This document shows positions 36,899-43,649 of a stretch of DNA of 48,084 bases, in pieces. The stretch is from positions 1-48,084 of the forward strand of contig DASQSS010000381.1 of assembly GCA_035642255.1 (NCBI GenBank), in the 5' to 3' direction. Numbering within the stretch: the first letter of the stretch is position 1; every line of letters begins with the position of its first letter. This stretch comes from Ktedonobacterales bacterium. GTDB taxonomy: Bacteria; Chloroflexota; Ktedonobacteria; Ktedonobacterales; JADMIN01. The position numbers and the translations under genes are program-made. The notes below the pieces were generated by a model that did not search any database, was not told where the DNA came from, and saw only the letters and a list, made by a program, of their open reading frames with translations.

Positions 36899-36922
36899 CT
36901 TCGTGATGCGCATGTGATGACG
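36899..36922 (+). promoter_or_regulatory. Composite box CTTCGTGATG-N4-TGTGATGACG upstream of hsp20
   Basis: CTTCGTGATGCGCATGTGATGACG. Two GTGATG direct repeats 11 bp apart. It ends 118 nt upstream of the hsp20 ATG, in the same orientation relative to the gene as the USP-1 copy. Confidence 0.55.
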
Positions 36923-37039
36923 AGCGCATATGTTGTGTGTGAACGCCATGGAAGGCTCCGCGCATCGGAGCGCGGCCAGAACCAGCATGGCGTCGCATCC
37001 CGGTAACAGGATGCGGTCACGGAAAGGAAGGACACGTCT

Positions 37040-37498
37040 ATGGCAAAGGAACCGCGTGAGTTGACCTCGTGGGAACCGTTCGGCATGGTGACGCCGCTCC
37101 GTGAGGCGATGAACCGCCTGTTCGAAGACAGCTTCATCAGCCCTGCGCGCTTCGAGCCAATGTTTGGGCGCGGGCTCCCGCTCGACGTCTTCGAGGCCGA
37201 TAATGAGTTCATCATTGACGCCTCGCTGCCGGGCGTGAAACCCGAAGACCTGAAGGTGAGCGCGACCGACGACAGCCTGACCATCCGCGCAACAATGAAA
37301 CACGAGACGCACGACGAGCAAAAGGGCTCCTATGTGCGGCGTGAGCGTCAGGACGGCGAGGTCGTTCGCTCGATAGCGTTCGCCACTCCGATTGATCCGT
37401 CGAAGGTCAACGCCCACTACGAGCATGGCGTCTTGCGCGTTACGGCGCCGAAAGCCGAGGCCGCTAGACCACGACAGATTGATGTCACCGTGCACTAA
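37040..37498 (+). CDS. Small heat-shock protein, Hsp20/alpha-crystallin family
   Basis: Alpha-crystallin domain (LDVFEADNEFIIDASLPGVKPEDLKV...HGVLRVTAPK). AAGGAAGGA SD upstream. Confidence 0.93.
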   Translation: MAKEPRELTSWEPFGMVTPLREAMNRLFEDSFISPARFEPMFGRGLPLDVFEADNEFIIDASLPGVKPEDLKVSATDDSLTIRATMKHETHDEQKGSYVRRERQDGEVVRSIAFATPIDPSKVNAHYEHGVLRVTAPKAEAARPRQIDVTVH

Positions 37499-37532
37499 GC
37501 TCCATCACACTGAACAAGGCTGATGAGGCCGC

Positions 37533-37548
37533 ATCGTGACATCACGAT
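37533..37548. promoter_or_regulatory. 16-bp perfect palindrome ATCGTGA-CA-TCACGAT
   Basis: 7-bp arms read directly from the sequence. It lies between the hsp20 stop and its terminator hairpin, ~110 nt upstream of USP-5. Confidence 0.4.
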
Positions 37549-37549
37549 C

Positions 37550-37583
37550 ACGCGGGTGAGTGGCACGGTTCGCTCACCCGCGT
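37550..37583 (+). terminator. Hairpin terminator after hsp20
   Basis: 11-bp perfect stem ACGCGGGTGAG / CTCACCCGCGT with a 12-nt loop, 52 nt after the stop. No strong U-tract. Confidence 0.45.
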
Positions 37584-37586
37584 CTA

Positions 37587-37613
37587 ATAGATGTTGATAG
37601 ATGCTCATAGATG
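37587..37613 (+). promoter_or_regulatory. Three helically phased direct repeats ATAGATG (exact 10-bp period)
   Basis: ATAGATG at 37587, 37597 and 37607, immediately after the hsp20 terminator and 42 nt before the USP-5 ATG. Confidence 0.5.
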
Positions 37614-37654
37614 CGAAGGACAACGGCAACGACGCGCCAGAGAGGGGTGTCGAC

Positions 37655-38905
37655 ATGTCACAACAACAACAAACGCCTGAACCAGAGCGCGCGCGGACTG
37701 ATGCGGAGCCGTCGATGACGTCGCCTTCACTCTCCGAATTTGAAGCGCGTCAGGCGCATGAAGAGGCTCTGAAGCGCGCCAATCGTCCCGTGGCAGGCGA
37801 GGTGATGGCGGGAGCGCACGGGCGGGTCGAGGAGGAGACCCGGCGTTTGAGCGAGCGCATGACGCGCGAAGAGCAGGAGCGCCGTAAAGCGTTGGCGCTC
37901 GCCGATAAGCCAACTGCCGCATCCGCCCCCACCGCTGGCCCGGTGTCCGCGTCTGCGCGCCTCTTGCCGACGCCTGAGCGTATCCATTCGACGCTCGTTG
38001 CGCTAGATGGCTCGCCCTTCGCGGAGCGGGCGCTGCCCTATGCGGCGGCGCTGGCGCGCCTTACAGGTAGCGAGCTCATGCTTGGAACGTGCCTGCGCCG
38101 CGACGGGGCGCCAGTCGTCGAAGCCATCACGGCGCAGGCGACGGCGGGCGAGGCGCGCGACGGCGAGTCAGCCCAATTCTGGCGATCGCTCGTCAGCGCA
38201 CGCGCCCAATTGCTGGCGGATGGCGTGACGACGCGTGCGAGCGTTGTCTATGCTCCAGACGCCGCCGATGGGCTAGTCGCTCTGCAAACGACGATTGGAG
38301 CGGAGGCGCTGGCCGTGGCGACGCACGCGCGCACAGGAATCGAGCGGGCGGCGCTGGGCAGTGTCGCGGATGAGGTGGCGCGTCGCGGGCGTGGGCTTAC
38401 CCTGGTCGTCCCGCCATTCGCGCCAGAGGCCCCTCTGGATGGTGTCACGTTCGCGCGGGCATTGGTCCCGCTGGATGGCTCGGCGCTGTCTGAGCAGACC
38501 CTGCGCGCCATCCAGCCGCTCTTGCGGCGCGACACGACGGATGATACGTCTGGGCGGCGACATTTGAGTGAGCTGACGCTCTTCTTCGTCGCCGAAGACC
38601 ATGCGCAGATCAGAGACGCGGAATATTACCTCGATGATCTGCGCGAGGCGTTGCTGCGCGAGGCGACCGCGCCAACAACGATCACCACGCGGGTGATCCT
38701 TGGCTCAGCGCCCGGCGCCATCGTCGCTGAGGCCGCCGGGAACTCCGCGACGGATCCTACCCCAGACGGGCGTCACGACCTGATCATCATGGCGACCCAC
38801 GGGCGCAGTGGCCTCGGACGCTGGTTCTATGGCAGCGTGGCGATGTATGTCCTCGCGCATAGCGACGTTCCGGTGCTACTCGTACGCGCCAGCCAGACGC
38901 CATAG
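37655..38905 (+). CDS. Universal stress protein, tandem USP domains with ~110-aa charged N-terminal extension (USP-5)
   Basis: LVALDGSPFAERALPYAAALA..., VATHARTGIERAALGSVADEV, MATHGRSGLGRWFYGSVAMYVL. The N-terminus is Glu/Arg/Ala-rich. Confidence 0.8.
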   Translation: MSQQQQTPEPERARTDAEPSMTSPSLSEFEARQAHEEALKRANRPVAGEVMAGAHGRVEEETRRLSERMTREEQERRKALALADKPTAASAPTAGPVSASARLLPTPERIHSTLVALDGSPFAERALPYAAALARLTGSELMLGTCLRRDGAPVVEAITAQATAGEARDGESAQFWRSLVSARAQLLADGVTTRASVVYAPDAADGLVALQTTIGAEALAVATHARTGIERAALGSVADEVARRGRGLTLVVPPFAPEAPLDGVTFARALVPLDGSALSEQTLRAIQPLLRRDTTDDTSGRRHLSELTLFFVAEDHAQIRDAEYYLDDLREALLREATAPTTITTRVILGSAPGAIVAEAAGNSATDPTPDGRHDLIIMATHGRSGLGRWFYGSVAMYVLAHSDVPVLLVRASQTP

Positions 38906-38961
38906 CGCGCCGCAGCCAGTACGGCGCTCGGGCGCGGTGTAGCCGCTGACCCGGTTCAACT

Positions 38962-39009
38962 GCGGATTCGCCCTCTGATCCACCATCTGGCGTCAGAGGG
39001 CGAATCCGC
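38962..39009 (+). terminator. 17-bp perfect hairpin after USP-5
   Basis: GCGGATTCGCCCTCTGA / 14-nt loop / TCAGAGGGCGAATCCGC, 57 nt after the stop. No U-tract. Confidence 0.45.
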
Positions 39010-39237
39010 GTCTGCCGCCTGACGTGACGCCTCCTCCCGGTATCCCCTCGCATCCACTCACTATGCCACTTCTCCACAATGCCCCGCGCAAGATGACACG
39101 GTTCGTACACAGGGCGCTTGACGCGGGTAGCGCGCTCCAGCGACAATGCGGCAATGAAGCTGCGCGGCGGTTCGCGCGCCTGCAACTGCCGTGAACGCAC
39201 ACCTGTGATTCGTTGTCTAGCTGATGGGAGGCGAAGC

Positions 39238-40269
39238 ATGCGCGACCGCGGAGGCAGCGCAGATCGCATGACCACGTCCCCGGGAGGTTCCTCTGGCTCG
39301 TCTGGCTCTCAACTCATCCGCATGCTGACTCTGGTGGGGCTTTCGGCGCTGCTGGTGGCGGCGCTCGTCGTGGTGGATCTGTTGGAGCTGAGCGCGCACA
39401 ATCCTGTGGAGGCTCTCAGCCCGCACTATTACATGGCGTTGGGCAATTCGCTCTCATTCGGCTATCAGCCGAACTTCGACTTCAGCTCTGGCTTCGCTGA
39501 CGTCATCGTCAACGATATGCGCAAGGCGAATCTCACTGGCCCAACGCAGCAGCCCGTGACCGAACTGGTCAATTACGCGTGCGCGGGCGAGACCACGGCG
39601 TCGATGATTGACGGAACCTGCGCGGCGCGGTTCGCGCACCACGGTTCCTATACGGGTCCACAGCTGCAGGCGGCGATCTCCTTCCTCAAGGATCAGCGTC
39701 ATCGCGGCCGTGTCAGCCCGATTACGCTGGAAGTGGGTGTCAATGACGTCGAAAACGACTTCAATCCCGCCACCTGCACAGCCAACGCGAGCGCTGACGC
39801 CGATCTTGCCGCGATGGACGCCAACCTGACGGGAGTCATTCTTCCTGGCCTGGTTGACGCGCTAGGAACCCCGGTAGGCAAAAGTGCGGGTGACCTGCAT
39901 CTGCTGAATTACTACAATCCCTACGCGCAGGTGTGTCCTAACTCCCCGACGTTTCTCCATCTGCTCAATGATCATCTGGCAGCCGACGGGGCGAAGTTCC
40001 GCATCCCCGTGGTGGACGTCTATAGCGCGTTCGGTGGCGACAGCGCGACCGCCAGCCATATCTGCGACTACACGTGGTATTGCGACCCGCGCTTCCATGA
40101 CATCCATCCGACGAATCTGGGCTATCAGGTCATTGCGCATGCGGTCGAAACCGCGCTGGGTCTGCCCGGCTCGTCGCTGGCGCTCGGCTCGGCTCCCGCC
40201 CTATCCGCGATGGGATTCGCGCGCGAAGCGGCATTCTGGCGTGGCCCGACTGCAGCGCGCCAGGCATGA
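39238..40269 (+). CDS. SGNH/GDSL-family hydrolase with N-terminal membrane anchor
   Basis: Block I ALGNSLSFGY, block II CAGETT, block III LEVGVNDV, block V DIHPTNLGY. TM LTLVGLSALLVAALVVV. ATG 39238 lies 6 nt after GGGAGG. Confidence 0.75.
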   Translation: MRDRGGSADRMTTSPGGSSGSSGSQLIRMLTLVGLSALLVAALVVVDLLELSAHNPVEALSPHYYMALGNSLSFGYQPNFDFSSGFADVIVNDMRKANLTGPTQQPVTELVNYACAGETTASMIDGTCAARFAHHGSYTGPQLQAAISFLKDQRHRGRVSPITLEVGVNDVENDFNPATCTANASADADLAAMDANLTGVILPGLVDALGTPVGKSAGDLHLLNYYNPYAQVCPNSPTFLHLLNDHLAADGAKFRIPVVDVYSAFGGDSATASHICDYTWYCDPRFHDIHPTNLGYQVIAHAVETALGLPGSSLALGSAPALSAMGFAREAAFWRGPTAARQA

Positions 40270-40348
40270 GGAAGCGCATCGACATGTGTTCGCCTGATCG
40301 AGGCGCTGGCTACGGGTTACGAGATTCACCTATCTGCTGGAGGGCAAC

Positions 40349-40756
40349 ATGGTCAATACCGCTCTACAACGGACTGATTACGTTCGGCTGATCGCACTGG
40401 GCATTCTGGTTATCCTCGAAGGTCTGGCAGTCGTGAGCACAGTGCTCAACATTGTGTTTCTGCCACTCGGCACGATCTATCCGAATGTGGATTCTGTCAC
40501 GATCCTTGTGCTGCCCGTCATCATCGGCCTCGTCGCGCACAGGGTGGAGGCTGCCATCACGCTCACCGTCCTGCCCTTCTTCATCCTGGCGCTGGTCTAC
40601 ACGTCGGTGTATGCGCCAGTATGGAATATAGACCTCTTCCAGTTGGGTACGCTGGCTGGGCGTGTCGCGGGCGCCACATTCCTGCTGGGTGGGCTCGGGA
40701 CATTCGGGTGGATGGTGCGGCGGGCAATCATGCGCGCCTCACAAAAGGGGGTGTGA
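40349..40756 (+). CDS. Hypothetical 4-TM membrane protein
   Basis: Four hydrophobic helices. GGAGGG SD upstream. No family recognised. Confidence 0.5.
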   Translation: MVNTALQRTDYVRLIALGILVILEGLAVVSTVLNIVFLPLGTIYPNVDSVTILVLPVIIGLVAHRVEAAITLTVLPFFILALVYTSVYAPVWNIDLFQLGTLAGRVAGATFLLGGLGTFGWMVRRAIMRASQKGV

Positions 40757-40841
40757 GGGAACATGTAGTGCGAAAGTGGAGCGCTAGCGTGGAGCGCTGC
40801 GCAGGCGACCGAAAAGAAGGAAACAGAGGAAACTGAGGCGC

Positions 40842-41102
40842 CTAAAAAGGTGGCTGTGCAAGCGCGCGCTGGAATGGTCTGGCGCTGCAGCGGGCGCAGA
40901 GCGTGTAGGTCTCGGTGTGCGTAGGCAAGCGTGGCGAAGCGCCCAATGAGAGATGGGTTCGAGTCGGCTCATCGCGACGTTGGATCGTGAGCGTCCGGAC
41001 ATGGGTGGGGCAGAAGGGACGCCCACAGCCCTCACAGGCTACAGTCGCTGGCTGGCCACAGTCTTTGACATGACATAGCGCTTCATCCGGTTGCGCCGCC
41101 AT
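40842..41102 (-). CDS. Small Cys/His-rich zinc-finger protein (86 aa)
   Basis: Only the C-terminal third of track ORF 40842..41501 looks protein-like (CHVKDCGQPATVACEGCGRPFCPTH...CARC). ATG 41102 is preceded by AAGGAAGG. The upstream part of that ORF crosses a terminator and the RBP gene. Confidence 0.45.
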   Translation of the reverse strand: MAAQPDEALCHVKDCGQPATVACEGCGRPFCPTHVRTLTIQRRDEPTRTHLSLGASPRLPTHTETYTLCARCSARPFQRALAQPPF

Positions 41103-41194
41103 TGTAGACCTTCCTTTACCCAACAGGCGCCACCGCGCGCCTTGCCGCTTCCGCGCGCGTGCGACGCGAGACTTCGATGACCCGCGAAAAGGCA

Positions 41195-41226
41195 GAAAGG
41201 TCAGGACGCGCGCGTCCTGACCTTTC
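41195..41226 (-). terminator. Rho-independent terminator after the RRM protein gene
   Basis: Perfect 32-nt palindrome GAAAGGTCAGGACGCG/CGCGTCCTGACCTTTC. On the minus strand it is followed by UGCCUUUUCG. Confidence 0.65.
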
Positions 41227-41280
41227 ACTACTTCGGCGCCACCCGCACGCGAGTGATGCGCCTGATGTCGGCGGGGCCGA

Positions 41281-41637
41281 CTACCACTGACCACCGCGCG
41301 AGTAGTCGTCGCGGCGACCGCCGCCACCGTAGCCGCCACCAGAAGAGCGGCCACCACCACCGTAGCCGCCACCAGAGCGGCCGCCAGCGGGGCGCTCTGC
41401 GGCTTCGTCGAGTCGCAGCGCGCGATTGCCGAGCATCGTGCCGTTGAGGCCAGCAATCGCGTTGCGCGCCTCATCTTCGGTCGACATCTCGACGAACCCA
41501 AAGCCCTTGCTCTGACCGGTGTTGCGATCAGTAATTACACGAGCGTCAACAACAGTGCCATACGCAGCAAACATCTGATGCAGCTGCGCGTCGTCGGTAG
41601 CATAGGGCAGATTCCCTACGTAAATGCGAGTGCCCAC
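41281..41637 (-). CDS. RRM-type RNA-binding protein with Gly/Arg-rich tail
   Basis: RNP2 IYVGNL and RNP1 KGFGFVEM, with a GGYGGGGRSSGGGYGGGGR tail. The probable GTG start at 41637 lies 5 nt after GAAGGAG. Confidence 0.9.
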   Translation of the reverse strand: MGTRIYVGNLPYATDDAQLHQMFAAYGTVVDARVITDRNTGQSKGFGFVEMSTEDEARNAIAGLNGTMLGNRALRLDEAAERPAGGRSGGGYGGGGRSSGGGYGGGGRRDDYSRGGQW

Positions 41638-41737
41638 AAAGGCTCCTTCAAACACACGGTATGGAGCGTCTGAGTAGGCGCGACATACCTTCCGAACAGT
41701 AACCAGTCAACCAATGCGCCACTCGCCTCGTAACAGG

Positions 41738-41788
41738 GGAATCAGCGGGAACCACTTGATCAATTCGTCCTGATTCCAATGGGTTCCC
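41738..41788 (-). other. Interleaved helices in the leader of the RRM protein gene
   Basis: GGAATCAG 41738-45 pairs with CTGATTCC 41770-77. GGGAACC 41747-53 pairs with GGTTCCC 41782-88. A further hairpin GTGGGTA/TACCCAC spans 41797-41820. Confidence 0.5.
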
Positions 41789-42221
41789 TGCAAGAGGTGG
41801 GTACGAGATCAACTACCCACATACTATATCACATAACGCCGTAGAAGCGTCGGGGGCGGGTCCACAATCTTCTGTACTTTGAATGCAGCGTAGAATGCAG
41901 CGAATGCCGCTTGGGAGGAAGGCGACGCCTCTCTGGTAGACTGGGAGTCATCACGACCACCATCACGCTGGAGAGGGCAGCTATGACCCACTACCAGGGT
42001 AGCTTGGACACCAGGAGGCTGCAATTGTTGTGCAGCGATCGTCAATTGGCCGGGTTCGAAAGCAAGCGTTATCGCTGTGTTTTGCCGCCAACACCGGGCG
42101 ATGTTCGACTTTCAGCAAGTCGGCTTCACCACATCTGCGGATGCGGAAGAACCAAACTCCGAACGCTACCTGGAGCAAGATGACACGTCGGCAGGGGCAT
42201 CTGGCCGTAAGAGGAGCAGAG

Positions 42222-42905
42222 ATGGCTAATGAACTTCGGGTGACGCTTGAAATCGGACCGAAAGGCAAGAAGGTGGCGGCAGTGGCGCCGGATTGGCCTG
42301 GTCTCGAGCGCGGCGGCAAGACCGGGGAGGCCGCGATTGAAAGGCTGCAATCTTACCTTCCACGCTATGCGCAGGTGGCGAAGCTGGCTGGGATGGAGGC
42401 GGAGTTTGCAGCCATCACCACAGTTGACGCGGTTGAGCGCTATCCGGGCACAGGCTCAACCGACTTCTGGGGCATCTCGTTCGCGTTTTCGGGCATCGAT
42501 CGACAGGACCTATCGCGCGAAGACTTGGAGCGTGAACTGACCCTGATGCAGGCATGCTGGGCGTTTTTCGATGGCGTGCGTTTGCGCGTGTCGGCTGAGA
42601 TGCGGAAGGGGCCGCGAGGGGGAGGGCGTGATCGCGATCACATCGTCGGTCATGCGATTCGCACCGAGCAGGACTGGGCAGGGAAGGTCGGGGCGCTCAC
42701 TCCCCAAACTCGCCAAGACGCCCTGCTGATCGACGAGGGGCTGCAAACGCACCGCGACGCCTATCGCAACGCCATTCGCGCGTACCATTCGGAGGGCAAG
42801 ATGGCCCGCACCTGGCCGCTCCGGTATCTGATTCGGCACACCGCATATCACACGCTGGATCACGCCTGGGAAATGGAAGACAAAGACCTGACCGTCGGCG
42901 TCTGA
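42222..42905 (+). CDS. HicB-like N-terminal fold fused to DinB-like C-terminal helical domain (hypothetical)
   Basis: LRVTLEIGPKGKKVAAVAPDWPGLERGGKTGEAAIERL resembles the HicB/UPF0150 pattern. The C-terminus YLIRHTAYHTLDHAWEME is DinB-like. ATG 42222 lies 5 nt after GAGGAG. Confidence 0.55.
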   Translation: MANELRVTLEIGPKGKKVAAVAPDWPGLERGGKTGEAAIERLQSYLPRYAQVAKLAGMEAEFAAITTVDAVERYPGTGSTDFWGISFAFSGIDRQDLSREDLERELTLMQACWAFFDGVRLRVSAEMRKGPRGGGRDRDHIVGHAIRTEQDWAGKVGALTPQTRQDALLIDEGLQTHRDAYRNAIRAYHSEGKMARTWPLRYLIRHTAYHTLDHAWEMEDKDLTVGV

Positions 42906-43265
42906 TAGGGCGGCATGTTCGATGTGGTTCTCGTCTTCCAGGGATCGCGTGTCTACCAGAGAGCAAAGTACAGAACCTTCTGGATGTGGTCGGCGTCGCG
43001 GGCGCCGGGGCGGCAAACGCGCGATGTCATAACGTCATGATGTCATCTGGGCGCCGTCCAGTGGACGTTCCGGCCAACGCCAGGCAATTCAGTGCGAGAA
43101 TTGGGCCTAGATGTGGTACGCTAAGATATATGGCTGTACAGTACGGCGAGCGATGCGCGCGGGCGTGCGCGTCACGCGACGTCGACGATGGCAGCGAAAG
43201 AAAGGAGAAGCGGGTACGGCGGAGCGTCTTTGTCTAGATCGTCCGCCCGACCGCGCCAGCGAAGC

Positions 43266-43472
43266 GTGAGTCAAATTGTGATCCGAGAGGGCGACTCATT
43301 TGAAGTCGCGTTGAAGCGATTCGCCCGTAAAGTCCAGCAGGATGGCATCCTCTCTGAGGCGCGTCGCCGCCAGCGCTACGAGCCGCCGAGCATGCGCCGC
43401 AAGCGCCAGGCCGAGGCGCGCGCGCGCAAGGCGCGCAAGCGCCAGGCGAAGATGGCGGCGCGCGGCTACTAG
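43266..43472 (+). CDS. rpsU: 30S ribosomal protein S21
   Basis: VSQIVIREGDSFEVALKRFARKV... aligns residue-for-residue with the N-terminus of known S21 proteins ([21 protein letters not shown]). GTG start. The ORF-track ATG at 43188 would add 26 non-conserved residues. Confidence 0.85.
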   Translation: MSQIVIREGDSFEVALKRFARKVQQDGILSEARRRQRYEPPSMRRKRQAEARARKARKRQAKMAARGY

Positions 43473-43556
43473 CCGCCGCTACACCTCAGCGCGCCGGGGC
43501 GCCGCGACGGCTACCCCCAACCGCTGCGGCGCGCCCATAAGCTTATATGCAGCAAG

Positions 43557-43594
43557 ACAGCAGGAACGAGACACCGTGTCTCGGCTCCTGCTGT
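43557..43594 (+). terminator. Hairpin terminator after rpsU
   Basis: ACAGCAGGA(A)CGAGACAC / GTGTCTCG(GC)TCCTGCTGT, about 17 bp with one bulge, followed by TGTGCT. 85 nt after the stop. Confidence 0.55.
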
Positions 43595-43649
43595 TGTGCT
43601 ATCCGCGACACCGCATCGTCGTCGCGCATGCCGCCGCGCCGCACATGGA

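Noticed and set aside
36950-37039. RNA thermometer (ROSE or fourU type) in the hsp20 leader.
   Set aside because: Two small hairpins exist (CCGCGC/GCGCGG and GCATCC/GGATGC). Neither sequesters the AAGGAAGGA SD, and no U-rich anti-SD stretch is present.
23293-40756. Canonical mycobacterial DosR box (GGGAC-N-GTCCC palindrome) in the island spacers.
   Set aside because: All GGGAC and GTCCC occurrences I could find are inside coding regions and are not arranged as palindromes.
42040-42075. GGTTCGAA T-loop-like motif, considered as a possible tRNA.
   Set aside because: The flanking bases do not form a T-stem, and no acceptor or anticodon arms could be built. No tRNA was found in the window.
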